Source: Chromatiales bacterium
GTDB taxonomy: Bacteria; Pseudomonadota; Gammaproteobacteria; Poriferisulfidales; Oxydemutatoraceae
Direction of reading: 5' to 3'
Length of the DNA stretch: 64,000 nt
Assembly (NCBI GenBank): GCA_014323925.1
Contig: JACONC010000003.1
Location: forward strand, 73 to 64,072
Position numbers and translations under genes: made by a program
Shown here: one piece after another, positions 18,785-28,995 of the stretch
Layout: every line of letters begins with the position of its first letter
Numbering within the stretch: position 1 is the first letter of the stretch
The notes under the pieces: generated by a model
Databases searched by the model: none
What the model was told of the DNA's origin: nothing
Seen by the model: the letters and a program-made list of their open reading frames with translations, nothing else

Positions 18785-19063
18785 ATGAAATTACTTTCCT
18801 TAATATCGACTGTTATAGCGTGGGTGCTGGCTGTAATTCTAGTTATGCAGATGTTGTCCGGTAATTTTAGCGAACGAACTTGTCAGACTGCTTGCGTGCA
18901 GGGCATCTACTGGACATCGTTAGCTTTTTGTATACTCGGACTGATAATCGGTTGGGTTGTTATCAAAAAACCGCGACCGCGTTTCATTATTTCCACCAAC
19001 ACTGCGCTACTGATATTACTTACTATGTACTTAATTATGATGGGGATTGGTACGTTTGCGTAG
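18785..19063 (+). CDS. Hypothetical small membrane protein (3 predicted TM helices)
   Basis: 92-aa ORF with hydrophobic segments (LISTVIAWVLAVILVMQML; LAFCILGLIIGWVVI; ALLILLTMYLIMMGIGTF). No recognisable family. Its 3' end overlaps the purA 3' end. Confidence 0.35.
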   Translation: MKLLSLISTVIAWVLAVILVMQMLSGNFSERTCQTACVQGIYWTSLAFCILGLIIGWVVIKKPRPRFIISTNTALLILLTMYLIMMGIGTFA

Positions 19064-20318
19064 AAAAAATAGTTCTGCGTACAATATTGGTTTCTCTCTC
19101 AGGTGCGGTTGAAATCATATCAACGGAGATACCAATGAGTTGTTCTAAACATTCTATGTAGTTGCGGGCTTGCTGCGGGAGATCTCGATAACAAGTGATG
19201 CCGCGCACTGGTTCTGTCCAGCCCTCCAACTCTATATAGTGCGGTTTACATTTTGATAAATCGTCATTTGCTGGCTCGTAAGCATCACAGATATATAATT
19301 TTTCAAGTCCGCTCAAAACATCAATTTTGGTTAGACACAGATAGTTTACGCCGTTGATATTAATCGCTTTTTTTAAGGCGACGGCATCCAACCAACCACA
19401 CCTTCTGCTTCTACCGGTAGTTGCTCCTTTCTCTTTACCATATTTTGATAGAAATTCCCCTACCTCATCATTCAGTTCAGTAGGAAAGGGGCCATTGCCT
19501 ACGCGTGTTGTATAAGCCTTGCTAATTCCTAAAACATAATCCATATCTTGCATTGCGGTGCCGGCGCTACATGCGGCGTTGGCGGCAATCGTATTGGAAG
19601 AAGTTACATAAGGATAAGTACCGTGGTCTATATCAAGCAGTGTGCCTTGCGCCCCTTCGAATAATATGTTCGCTTTTCGCTCTTTTAATCCATTCAGTTT
19701 ATTGGTTATGGCAGTAGTCCACGATGTAAACATATCTCTATATTCGGCTATAAAGTCTAGTTCTTTGGCACAATCTACGGTCGTATACTTGTAGTAATGC
19801 TTTAATACGAAGTTATGGTAGTCAAATAATTCGGTTATCCTCAGCACAAAAGTGTCCCAGTCACGCAGGTCTCCTAAGCGTAGCGCTCGTCTTGCCACTT
19901 TGTCTTCGTAAGCCGGGCCTATGCCTTTTGCGGTCGTGCCTATCGCCGATGATCCGCGGTGCTGTTCACGCGCTTTATCTAGCATGCGGTGACACTCAAA
20001 GACTAGCGGGCAGGCATCCGAGATATACAAGCGCGAGCCAATTTCTATGCCTGCGGAAGTTAACTCTTCTATCTCTTCAAGTAGGGCGCGCAATGACAAG
20101 ACCACACCGCTACAAATAAAACATGCTATATTGTTATGTAAGGCACCCGACGGTAGCAGGTGCAAGATATGCTGTTTATTGCCTACATAGATCGTGTGTC
20201 CAGCGTTGTGTCCACCTTGAAAGCGGACAACGGCATCCGAGTAGCGGGTGAGATGGTCGACTATCTTACCTTTACCTTCGTCTCCCCACTGTAGACCAAC
20301 GACTACGACACAAGTCAT
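19035..20318 (-). CDS. purA: Adenylosuccinate synthetase
   Basis: 427 aa; N-terminal VVVGLQWGDEGKGKIVDHL P-loop and GIGPAYEDK motif. Confidence 0.95.
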   Translation of the reverse strand: MTCVVVVGLQWGDEGKGKIVDHLTRYSDAVVRFQGGHNAGHTIYVGNKQHILHLLPSGALHNNIACFICSGVVLSLRALLEEIEELTSAGIEIGSRLYISDACPLVFECHRMLDKAREQHRGSSAIGTTAKGIGPAYEDKVARRALRLGDLRDWDTFVLRITELFDYHNFVLKHYYKYTTVDCAKELDFIAEYRDMFTSWTTAITNKLNGLKERKANILFEGAQGTLLDIDHGTYPYVTSSNTIAANAACSAGTAMQDMDYVLGISKAYTTRVGNGPFPTELNDEVGEFLSKYGKEKGATTGRSRRCGWLDAVALKKAININGVNYLCLTKIDVLSGLEKLYICDAYEPANDDLSKCKPHYIELEGWTEPVRGITCYRDLPQQARNYIECLEQLIGISVDMISTAPERETNIVRRTIFSTQTYQSPS

Positions 20319-21515
20319 TTATATAGTCTCAATTATCCATTGGTTGCCAGTCTTAACAAACTGCCTATCGCACCCACATTCATGAGCTTGTTCGTTGCCT
20401 AGCTGCATGATGACTCTATCGCCACGCTCCCGAGTGGTCGCGATCACCTCCTGTAGTTGCGGATCTGTTATGCGCGGCGCAAAAATAGCGCTTTGATTTT
20501 TCACCGTGTGAGCTGCATTATTTTGATTAATATCGAGCAGTAATTTGATGTCACCGCTAAAACCAACTGCCGGTCGTGCTCTGCCGAACGGCTCGCCGAC
20601 TCCGTCGTAGCAACCACCTCGTGCCACCTCTTGTTTAAGATCTAGAGCAAAAGCCGAGAAAACTATGCCTGCCTCATAGTGATAGCACGGTAGCTCAGAA
20701 AGATCTAAAAGTATTTTGTCGGTGTGTGCCGATAAACTATCGGCGACAGTTTTTAGTTCACTTAGCAATCTTGTCATCTTATCCGATATATCGCTATAGC
20801 GAGACTGCGCTGTCTTCAACACGGTTATATCTCCATTACAGTCACACAAGTCGGTAAACCATTCTATTTGTCGTTCAGATAGTTGTACTTCTTTGAGGTA
20901 TGCATAAATTTCATGTTTAGCTTTAGCATGTAACAAAGGAATCAGGGCGTTATTTTGCTCGGTTTGTAGTTTTGTAGCTTTAATCAATTCTAGATAAATC
21001 CCTACATGACCCAATGACAAAAGACTTTGTTTAGCACCGGCTAGCTTCAGTGTTTTTAGCATTAATTGTATTATTTCAATAGTGCTTTCTATACCCTTGT
21101 ATCCGTATATTTCAGCGCCAAACTGTATAGGGGTTCGAGATCTTCCGACTCCTTCGGGTTTAGTTTTCAAAACCGCACCGTAGTAACACAAGCGGTTAAT
21201 TTTATTTGCACTCAATGCGTGCGCATCTATACGAGCGATTTGCGGGGTCATATCAGCGCGCACTCCCAGAGTTTTTCCACTGAGCTGATCAGTCAGCTTA
21301 AAGGTTTGTAGCAAAAGTTCGTCTTCGTTGGCAGCGACTAGAGATTCTAAGAATTCAACGATCGGCGGGTTGACTAAGTTATAGCCCCAACTGTCAAATA
21401 GATCAAGAAGCTGCCGTCGTATTACCTCTAAACGTTTTGCGTCAACTGGCAGTATATCGTCGATGTTTTCTGGCATAAGCCACTTGTTATTCATATTCCC
21501 CCTAGTTTCTAACAT
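20319..21515 (-). CDS. hisZ: ATP phosphoribosyltransferase regulatory subunit HisZ (HisRS-like)
   Basis: 398 aa, class-II aaRS-like core lacking an anticodon-binding domain. N-terminus WLMPENIDDILPVDAKRLEVIRRQLLDLFDSWGY is typical of HisZ. The probable start is the internal Met (MNNKW), not the ORF-track start. Confidence 0.8.
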   Translation of the reverse strand: MLETRGNMNNKWLMPENIDDILPVDAKRLEVIRRQLLDLFDSWGYNLVNPPIVEFLESLVAANEDELLLQTFKLTDQLSGKTLGVRADMTPQIARIDAHALSANKINRLCYYGAVLKTKPEGVGRSRTPIQFGAEIYGYKGIESTIEIIQLMLKTLKLAGAKQSLLSLGHVGIYLELIKATKLQTEQNNALIPLLHAKAKHEIYAYLKEVQLSERQIEWFTDLCDCNGDITVLKTAQSRYSDISDKMTRLLSELKTVADSLSAHTDKILLDLSELPCYHYEAGIVFSAFALDLKQEVARGGCYDGVGEPFGRARPAVGFSGDIKLLLDINQNNAAHTVKNQSAIFAPRITDPQLQEVIATTRERGDRVIMQLGNEQAHECGCDRQFVKTGNQWIIETI

Positions 21516-21702
21516 AATAGATAAATACCAAACCGCATATCATAAGAATTAAACCACCTATCCTCAATGTCGTGTCACTGAGTTCTCCTATGGTATACAA
21601 CATTTGTTTCCATTTTCTTGGATTTAGAAAAGGCATAATCCCTTCAAGGATAAGCACCATACCTAGTGCTGTAAAAAAATCAGTCCATTCCATCTTTAAC
21701 AT
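21502..21702 (-). CDS. DUF2065-type small inner-membrane protein (YjeT-like)
   Basis: 66 aa, two TM helices. Its position between hflC and hisZ-purA is the conserved place of yjeT in enterobacteria. Confidence 0.5.
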   Translation of the reverse strand: MLKMEWTDFFTALGMVLILEGIMPFLNPRKWKQMLYTIGELSDTTLRIGGLILMICGLVFIYYVRN

Positions 21703-21766
21703 TCAAAACGACCTCAGCAGAGCACTCTCTAGCCAGCCGACACCACCGCGTCCGTGCGTATAGTGT

Positions 21767-22642
21767 TTATTTATTATTGGTGTCGAAGTTATCCTTGGTG
21801 TCGAAGTAACGGAAGAAATCGGATTCTGGTTCTAGAATCAGAGTATCAGCACCGCCAAAAGCGTTTCTGTAAGCTTGTATGCTACGCGTGAATGAGTAAA
21901 ATTCCGGGTCTCTACTGTAAGCGTCGGCGTATATTTTTGTCGACTCAGCATCGCCTTCACCGCGTATCTTCTCTGATTCGCGATAGGCTTCAGCAAGAAT
22001 AGTGATGCGCTGACGATCAGCATCTGCTCTAATCCGCTCGGCTTGTTCCATGCCGCGCGCCCTAAAATCTCTAGCCACCCGCTCGCGCTCGGCGCGCATT
22101 CGGGCATAAACGGAATCGCTAACATCGTCTGGCAAATCTATGCGGCTGATGCGCACATCAACGATTTCTATACCTAGTTCCCTTGCAGTCTCGTTTGATT
22201 TAACCCTTAAGACATCCATAATTTCTCTACGCTCGCCGGAAACCGCTTCTTGTATGGTACGTTTACCGAACTCGTTACGCAGTTGGTCTTTCATAATTTG
22301 CGATAGGCGACTTAAGGCATTACGCTCGTCGCCGCGGGTCGAGCGATAGTATTGCCCTACTTCCATGATGCGCCATTTGACGAAGAAGTCGACGGTTACA
22401 TTTTTTTTCTCCACCGTTAGAAAACTCTCGGGTTGGGCATCTAGTGTGAGGATGCGGGCGTCGAAAAATCTAGCGTTGTTGACTAACGGAAACTTGAAGT
22501 GCAAGCCCGGCGGAATATCTTCTTTGATAATCTCACCTAGCCTAAACAGTAATGCTTTCTCACGCTGATCAACTATATAGGTGGAAGTATAAATAAGTGC
22601 CAATAGGATGACTACGATTACTGGTAAGAATTTGCGTATCAT
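21767..22642 (-). CDS. hflC: Protease modulator HflC (SPFH/band-7 family)
   Basis: 291 aa with N-terminal TM plus SPFH domain. Overlaps hflK by 4 nt. Confidence 0.9.
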   Translation of the reverse strand: MIRKFLPVIVVILLALIYTSTYIVDQREKALLFRLGEIIKEDIPPGLHFKFPLVNNARFFDARILTLDAQPESFLTVEKKNVTVDFFVKWRIMEVGQYYRSTRGDERNALSRLSQIMKDQLRNEFGKRTIQEAVSGERREIMDVLRVKSNETARELGIEIVDVRISRIDLPDDVSDSVYARMRAERERVARDFRARGMEQAERIRADADRQRITILAEAYRESEKIRGEGDAESTKIYADAYSRDPEFYSFTRSIQAYRNAFGGADTLILEPESDFFRYFDTKDNFDTNNK

Positions 22643-23856
22643 CTGTTACCTCTTATTTGTTCTATTCCTGAGCGAATTCTGTCGCGTGCATTTTGGGTAT
22701 TATTGTTTTTGTTTTTGTTTGATGTCGCCGCCGGCGGTCGCGACATAGCATTGTCGGTTCTCCGAGTCGCATCTTCCAACATTCTATTTAACGGCAGATA
22801 AAACACATTATTGCCGTCTTCTACATTAACCATAACTTTGTTCGATTTTGATAGCACTGATTGCAGAGCTTCTATATAAAGGCGTTCGCGCGTCACCTCA
22901 GGTGCTTTACGATATTCGTCGAATAACTTATTAAAACGTGCCGCTTCACCTTTAGAATTTTCTACCACTTTATCTCGGTAAGCATTTGCTTCGGCTAGCA
23001 TGCGCGCAGCTTCACCGCGTGCTTGTGGGATAATCCCATTGGAGTAGGCTTCGGCTTCGTTTACAAATCTAATCTCGTCTTCACGCGCTTTAACAGCATC
23101 GGCAAATGAACCTTGCACGGCAGCCGGCGGTTGCGATTGTTGCAGGTTGACATTTAAGACAATCAGTCCAGAGACATATTCGTCTAATATGGTTTGCATT
23201 AAAACTTTTATTTTTGCGGCTATTTCTGCTCGTCCTTCGCCGAGTATAAAGTCCATAGTATTTTTACCTATTACCTCACGCAATGCACTTTCCATTACTT
23301 GAAAGAGGGTTCCTCTTGATTGATCACCTCTATCAGTATCAATATCAGGCAGGCGTACATTAAAAAGATAGTTGGCAGCATCTTTCACGCGGTATTGCAC
23401 TGCCAGTTCTACTTCAACGATATTCTCGTCTTGGGTAAGCATGGATACTTTATTCTGCGCCGAGCGCACTTTGTCTACATCTACTTTTTCAGCGGTTTCA
23501 ATTGGATACGGGAAATGCCAGTGCGGACCTGGTAGCGTGACCTCGCGATACTCACCGAACCGCAGTATCACTCCGCGTTGTCCCTCGCTGATTATATAAA
23601 TGCCGGACAATAACCATACGATCAAGACGATGCCTAGTATCAATGAGAAATTGAACGGATTAGATCTGCTAAACCCGGAACCGAAAGGCGGCCTTTTTCT
23701 ATTAGGTGGTTGGTTTTCGAATGAACCGCTCTTTTTAGATTTATTTTTCTTAAACCCGAATAGCGCACCTAGTAGGTCCATCAAGTCAGGCGGCGCATTA
23801 GATGCTCCGCCGTCGCTTGGTCTTTTCCTACTATCTTTGTCTTCGCTCCAAGGCAT
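22639..23856 (-). CDS. hflK: Protease modulator HflK (SPFH/band-7 family)
   Basis: 405 aa; disordered basic N-terminus, TM, SPFH domain and a C-terminal coiled coil. Confidence 0.9.
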   Translation of the reverse strand: MPWSEDKDSRKRPSDGGASNAPPDLMDLLGALFGFKKNKSKKSGSFENQPPNRKRPPFGSGFSRSNPFNFSLILGIVLIVWLLSGIYIISEGQRGVILRFGEYREVTLPGPHWHFPYPIETAEKVDVDKVRSAQNKVSMLTQDENIVEVELAVQYRVKDAANYLFNVRLPDIDTDRGDQSRGTLFQVMESALREVIGKNTMDFILGEGRAEIAAKIKVLMQTILDEYVSGLIVLNVNLQQSQPPAAVQGSFADAVKAREDEIRFVNEAEAYSNGIIPQARGEAARMLAEANAYRDKVVENSKGEAARFNKLFDEYRKAPEVTRERLYIEALQSVLSKSNKVMVNVEDGNNVFYLPLNRMLEDATRRTDNAMSRPPAATSNKNKNNNTQNARDRIRSGIEQIRGNR

Positions 23857-23929
23857 TGTTTAACTACGATGGCTGATTAAAGAGGTAATCACTATATAAA
23901 GAAATCATATGACAAAATTATACCATCAT

Positions 23930-24805
23930 TCATACTAAAAAACTATTTTGCGACTTCAAAGCATCGTTATAGCCTATGCGGTTGCGAAATCGGGCTCTGT
24001 ATAGCAATCGCTTGGGCATATCGTCGGAGTCTCTAAAAGCACTACGGCTGTGTAGCACATTGTTGCAAATAACACCCTCGCCGGCAGCCAGTTTGTAAGA
24101 GATTGTATATTCGGTTGTACGTAATAATTCTCGCAAATGGTTCAGTGCTTCTATGCACGACGGATGCCATTGAATGTGTCTCGCCCGTTCAGTATAGTGC
24201 ATCAGTAGCTGATTTGTTACTGGATCGATTCTGAATACTGGTGAGCTTCGGCAACCGCGTTCACTGTCGTTTGCCGGAATAGTAAATGCCTGTGGGTGTT
24301 TTAATGCTTCAACATAAGCTGGCTCTTTTTGATAAAGCAGGAGATAGATAATTTCGTGGTCTAGATAGGTGTTCACCCCGCCTTCGGTGGCTGGTTGCAC
24401 ACAATGCATCATGAAGGTTCTGATGATGTCAGCATCGTCGTTGTAATAACCGTCTGTGTGCCACGATAGTGCACGGTTGGTATAGGGAATGTAGCGACTA
24501 TTTTTAGTCGTTGTTATATGGCTAATTTTATTCGCATCTGCCTGCGGATTATCACATAGACTATCTAGACCTAATTGGGTCGCTAGTGCTCTGAAGCTAC
24601 GACTATCCGATATAGGTTTGCGACTACGATAAAAACTTAAATTGTTGGATTGGCAGTTTTCTAGGATTTGCTGTCGCTCTAGTTTGCTCAACGCTACTGG
24701 ATTGTCAATTTCAACCATAAGTGCCTCGGCATTGACCACCCGCCGCCGTAGCTTAAGTTGTTGCCATTGCTGAGTTTGTGTCATGACTTGCTGGTTTTGG
24801 TTCAT
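23930..24805 (-). CDS. TauD/TfdA-family Fe(II)/2-oxoglutarate-dependent dioxygenase
   Basis: 291 aa; LSWHTDGYYND (HxD iron ligands) and a distal His (…NNVLHSRSAF) as in taurine dioxygenase-like enzymes. Confidence 0.6.
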   Translation of the reverse strand: MNQNQQVMTQTQQWQQLKLRRRVVNAEALMVEIDNPVALSKLERQQILENCQSNNLSFYRSRKPISDSRSFRALATQLGLDSLCDNPQADANKISHITTTKNSRYIPYTNRALSWHTDGYYNDDADIIRTFMMHCVQPATEGGVNTYLDHEIIYLLLYQKEPAYVEALKHPQAFTIPANDSERGCRSSPVFRIDPVTNQLLMHYTERARHIQWHPSCIEALNHLRELLRTTEYTISYKLAAGEGVICNNVLHSRSAFRDSDDMPKRLLYRARFRNRIGYNDALKSQNSFLV

Positions 24806-25048
24806 ATAGATCTTGGCTCATTCAGTATGATATTTTTAAGTTTTTATATGTTTGGTAACTAAGTCTTGGTCATGGTGGGCTAGCACTGCTGTTGGTGTGA
24901 TTTTGACATGCTCTAAAGCCATGCTATATTAGCATATCCTAATACAGATTTTGATAGGTTGATAGTATTCAGTAGTTTATATAAATCCGAATACTATCTT
25001 TGTAATGTTAAACTATAGTTAAGTTAAAAATAAAGGAGGTATTGAAAG

Positions 25049-26329
25049 ATGTCTACAAAACAACCTCACGATACACCTATGTTGGACGAACTAGAAAAAG
25101 GTCCTTGGCCTAGTTTTATTTCCGGCATTAAGCGTTTAAGAGATCAACACGAAGACGATCGCGTCAACAGTGTTGCAAATGACCTGCTGGGTCAACTTGA
25201 ACATTCCTACGAGACTCGCAAGGGTTACTGGAAAGGCGGCACGGTCAGTGTTTTCGGTTACGGTAGCGGTATTATTCCACGCTTCTCCGAAGTCGGTGCG
25301 GCTTTCCCGGCATCAAAGGAGTTTCATACTCTGCGAGTGCAGCCGCCGTCTGGGAATTACTACACGACTGATATGCTGCGCAAGCTCGCCGATAGCTGGG
25401 AGAAATGGGGTTCTGGTTTGGTTACTTTTCACGGTCAGACCGGCAACATTATGTTCATAGGAGCGACTACTGAGAACACGCAACACTTTTTTGACGATAT
25501 AAACGAATACGGTTGGGACTTAGGGGGTGCTGGCCCTTGTGTGCGCACTGGCCAATCGTGCGTTGGTGCGGCTCGTTGTGAGCAATCCAACATTGATGAG
25601 ATGCGTATACACCGCACCCTACTGAACAATTTCACCGACGATGTGCATCGTCCGTCGTTGCCTTATAAGTTTAAGTTTAAAGTTTCGGGTTGTCCTAACG
25701 ATTGTATGAACTCTATAGAGCGCGCTGATTTTGCAATTATCGGAACTTGGCGAGATGATATGAAAGTCAACCAACAAGAAGTTAAAGCTTATGTTGCTAA
25801 GAAGGGTCGCCAATACATTATTGACAATGTAATTTCGCGATGCCCAACGAAGGCATTGTCGTTAAAAGATGACGACACCTTAGATGTGGATAACCGCAAC
25901 TGTGTGCGCTGTATGCATTGCTTGAATGTTATGCCGAAGGCACTGTCTCCGGGTGATGACACGGGCATCTCAATTTTGATCGGCGGCAAGCGCACGCTGA
26001 AAATCGGCGATTTGATGGGTACCGTGATCGTTCCTTTTATGAAACTGCAAAGCGACGAGGATTATGAACGTCTAGTGGAATTGGCTGAGGAGACTATAGA
26101 TTTCTGGGCTGAGAACGGTCTTGAACACGAGCGTTGCGGTGAGATGATAGAGCGCATCGGCTTAATCAATTTTCTCGATGGTATTGGTGTCAGTGTAGAC
26201 CCCAATATGGTTAGCGACCCGCGTACGAGTTCCTATATCCGCATGGATGAGTGGGAGCAGGAAGCTAGGAAGTGGTTTGAAGCTAAAGCGAAAAACAACA
26301 CCGAGCAAAAACAAGCAGCCACCGCTTGA
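25049..26329 (+). CDS. dsrA: Dissimilatory sulfite reductase alpha subunit (oxidative/rDsr type by operon context)
   Basis: 426 aa. N-terminus MSTKQPHDTPMLDELEKGPWPSFISGIKRL…, siroheme/[4Fe-4S] Cys clusters (CxxxxxC…CPNDC) and a ferredoxin-like insert. Strong RBS aaggaggt 8 nt upstream. Confidence 0.95.
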   Translation: MSTKQPHDTPMLDELEKGPWPSFISGIKRLRDQHEDDRVNSVANDLLGQLEHSYETRKGYWKGGTVSVFGYGSGIIPRFSEVGAAFPASKEFHTLRVQPPSGNYYTTDMLRKLADSWEKWGSGLVTFHGQTGNIMFIGATTENTQHFFDDINEYGWDLGGAGPCVRTGQSCVGAARCEQSNIDEMRIHRTLLNNFTDDVHRPSLPYKFKFKVSGCPNDCMNSIERADFAIIGTWRDDMKVNQQEVKAYVAKKGRQYIIDNVISRCPTKALSLKDDDTLDVDNRNCVRCMHCLNVMPKALSPGDDTGISILIGGKRTLKIGDLMGTVIVPFMKLQSDEDYERLVELAEETIDFWAENGLEHERCGEMIERIGLINFLDGIGVSVDPNMVSDPRTSSYIRMDEWEQEARKWFEAKAKNNTEQKQAATA

Positions 26330-26357
26330 ACGGTGAAATAGAGCAAGGAGTAGAAAA

Positions 26358-27431
26358 ATGGCACAAGAACATCGTTCACCGATTGAATCGGGTTGTCCCG
26401 ACGGTTTTCAATATATGCATCCGGTGATGCGTAAGAACTATGGCAACTGGGCATACCACGACGATCCACGCCCTGGCGTGTTAAAACATGTATCGCACGA
26501 TGGCGATGCGATTTGGACGGTAAGAGCCGGCACCCAACGTATTTTAGATGTGTTTACGTTACGCAAGCTGTGTGATCTTGGTGATCAATACGCCGATGGC
26601 TATGTGCGTTTCACGATACGCAGCAACATAGAATATATGTTGGACGACGAAGCTAAAGTGGAACCGCTGATCAATGCTATTGAAGATGCTGGTTTCGTGG
26701 TCGGTGGCACTAAAAACTCAGTTACAATGATCTCACATACACAAGGATGGTTGCATTGTGATATTCCGGGCACTGACGCCTCTGGGGTTGTGAAAGCGAT
26801 GATGGACGAATTGATAGAAGAGTTTAAGAACTGGAATATGCCGAACCGTGTGCATATCACCACATCGTGTTGCCAGATTAATTGCGGTGGTCAAGGTGAT
26901 ATTGCCATCAATGTGCAACATACCAAGCCACCTAAGATCAATCACGATTTGGTCTCTAATGTATGCGAGCGGCCGTCGGTGGTTGCCCGTTGTCCGGTGG
27001 CGGCCATACGCCCAGCGATGGTCAACGGCAAGCCATCGCTAGAGGTTGATGAGAAAAAGTGTATTTGTTGTGGTGCTTGTTATCCGCCGTGTCCGCCGAT
27101 GCAGATTAACGACCCTGAGCATACCAAGCTGGCTATATGGGTCGGCGGCAATCATTCCAATGCGCGTAGTAAGCCTTCTTTCCAAAAATTGGTCGCTGCA
27201 GGTATTCCGAATAATCCACCGCGTTGGCCAGAAGCAACGGCAGTGGTGAAAAAGATTTTGAAAACCTATAAACAAGATGCTAAAGACTGGGAGCGAATTA
27301 GCGACTGGATTGAACGTATTGGTTGGCCTCGTTTCTTTGAATTAACCGAACTGCCGTTTACTAAATTTCACATTGATAATTGGTTGGGAGCCCGTCGTAG
27401 CTTAAATGCTTCAACGCATATTCGCTTCTAG
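26358..27431 (+). CDS. dsrB: Dissimilatory sulfite reductase beta subunit
   Basis: 357 aa; paralog of DsrA with Cys clusters (…CCQINCGG…, CICCGACYPPCP). Confidence 0.95.
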   Translation: MAQEHRSPIESGCPDGFQYMHPVMRKNYGNWAYHDDPRPGVLKHVSHDGDAIWTVRAGTQRILDVFTLRKLCDLGDQYADGYVRFTIRSNIEYMLDDEAKVEPLINAIEDAGFVVGGTKNSVTMISHTQGWLHCDIPGTDASGVVKAMMDELIEEFKNWNMPNRVHITTSCCQINCGGQGDIAINVQHTKPPKINHDLVSNVCERPSVVARCPVAAIRPAMVNGKPSLEVDEKKCICCGACYPPCPPMQINDPEHTKLAIWVGGNHSNARSKPSFQKLVAAGIPNNPPRWPEATAVVKKILKTYKQDAKDWERISDWIERIGWPRFFELTELPFTKFHIDNWLGARRSLNASTHIRF

Positions 27432-27451
27432 TTTCTTAGTTATCAGGCACT

Positions 27452-27844
27452 ATGAAGTTTTCTATCTTAATCAACGAAGGTCCTTATACGCATCAAGCAT
27501 CTGATACTGCGTATCAATTTATTAAAGCTGCATTGGCTAAAGGACACGAAATATTTAGAGTGTTTTTTTATCACGACGGTGTATATAACGGCACGCGCCT
27601 GTCGGTACCACCGCAGGATGACCGCAATATATCGCAGCGATGGTCCGAATTGGCTGACAAACACCAGTTGGATTTGGTACTTTGTGTAGCCGCTGCCCAG
27701 CGTCGCGGTGTATTGGATGAAGGCGAGGCTAAGCGCGGAGGCAAAGACACCGACAACATTGCTCCGGGTTTTCGTATCTCAGGCTTAGGACAACTAATAG
27801 AGGCCGGAATAAAAGCAGATCGCTTGATAACTTTCGGGGATTGA
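27452..27844 (+). CDS. dsrE: Sulfur relay protein DsrE
   Basis: 130 aa; MKFSILINEGPYTHQASDTAYQFIKAALAKGHEIFRVFFYHDGV is near-colinear with characterised DsrE. Confidence 0.9.
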   Translation: MKFSILINEGPYTHQASDTAYQFIKAALAKGHEIFRVFFYHDGVYNGTRLSVPPQDDRNISQRWSELADKHQLDLVLCVAAAQRRGVLDEGEAKRGGKDTDNIAPGFRISGLGQLIEAGIKADRLITFGD

Positions 27845-28275
27845 GGACGATTATGAGTGATAACGCCGAAGCGACCGTTAAGAAATTTATGTATGTGAAC
27901 CGTAAAGCACCTTACGGTACAATTTATGCACTGGAGTCCTTAGAGGTGGTGTTGATAGCGGCGGCGTTTGACCAACAAGTCAGCTTGGCGTTTATGGATG
28001 ACGGTGTTTATCAGTTGATGAAATCGCAAGATACCGGCAGTATAGAAATGAAAAACTTTTCTCCCACTTATAGCGCTTTGGGTGATTACGATATAAAGAC
28101 TATCTATGTTGATAAGGAATCGTTGACCGAACGAGGTTTATCGGCTGATAATCTGCAAGCCTTAGTGTATGAAGATGAGGATGCTGATTGGGAAGAGAAA
28201 AGCGCAATGCATTTTGTTGACCGCAAAGAATTAGCCCAGATAATGGCCACGCAAGATGTTATTCTAAGTTTCTAG
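27841..28275 (+). CDS. dsrF: Sulfur relay protein DsrF
   Basis: 144 aa, DsrE/DsrF fold (…FMYVNRKAPYGTIYALESLEVVL…). 4-nt overlap with dsrE. Confidence 0.85.
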   Translation: MRTIMSDNAEATVKKFMYVNRKAPYGTIYALESLEVVLIAAAFDQQVSLAFMDDGVYQLMKSQDTGSIEMKNFSPTYSALGDYDIKTIYVDKESLTERGLSADNLQALVYEDEDADWEEKSAMHFVDRKELAQIMATQDVILSF

Positions 28276-28284
28276 GATGTCTCT

Positions 28285-28596
28285 ATGGCTATGCTACATA
28301 TTGTTAATAAATCACCGTTTGAACGCAACGCATTGTCGTCGTGTTTGGAGACTGCACAAGACGGCAGTTCGGTACTGCTGATAGAAGATGGTGTGGTAGG
28401 TGCAACAATTGGCGGCCGCCTCAGCGATGCGATCAGCCAGGCAATGGAGCGTAAACTGGTTTTTTATGTGCTGACCCCCGACCTTAAAGCTCGCGGTTTT
28501 CTTGATAATCAAGTGCTGGAAGGTATAAAATTAGTCGGCTACGAGGATTTTGTTGATTTGGTTGCAGATCACGTTAATGTACAATCATGGTTATAA
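28285..28596 (+). CDS. dsrH: Sulfur relay protein DsrH
   Basis: 103 aa; MAMLHIVNKSPFERNALSSCLETAQDGSSVLLIEDGV matches DsrH/TusB-like. Confidence 0.85.
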   Translation: MAMLHIVNKSPFERNALSSCLETAQDGSSVLLIEDGVVGATIGGRLSDAISQAMERKLVFYVLTPDLKARGFLDNQVLEGIKLVGYEDFVDLVADHVNVQSWL

Positions 28597-28619
28597 ATTA
28601 TTAGAGAGGAGATAGAAAT

Positions 28620-28952
28620 ATGTCTTTAGATATTGATGGTAAAACATACGAGACTGATGAGGAAGGTTATTTGGCTAACTTGAACGATTGGAAACCGGAA
28701 CTCGCCGAAGCGATGGCTAAAGTAGACGGTGCCGAGTTGTCGAATAATCACTGGGAAGTTATTAATTTTCTTCGCGAGTATTACGAAGAATATCAAATTG
28801 CCCCAGCGGTTAGAGTGTTGACCAAAGCGATAGGTAAAAAGTTAGGTAAAGATAAAGGTAACAGCAAGTACTTATATGAGTTATTCCCTTACGGTCCTGC
28901 CAAGCAAGCGTGTAAATATGCAGGATTACCTAAACCTACCGGTTGTGTCTGA
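28620..28952 (+). CDS. dsrC: DsrC (sulfur carrier / Dsr substrate protein)
   Basis: 110 aa ending in the conserved flexible arm …CKYAGLPKPTGCV with its two Cys. Confidence 0.9.
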   Translation: MSLDIDGKTYETDEEGYLANLNDWKPELAEAMAKVDGAELSNNHWEVINFLREYYEEYQIAPAVRVLTKAIGKKLGKDKGNSKYLYELFPYGPAKQACKYAGLPKPTGCV

Positions 28953-28995
28953 TACTGCATTAGGTTGCATTGAGGAATTTTCGGACTGAGCAGTT

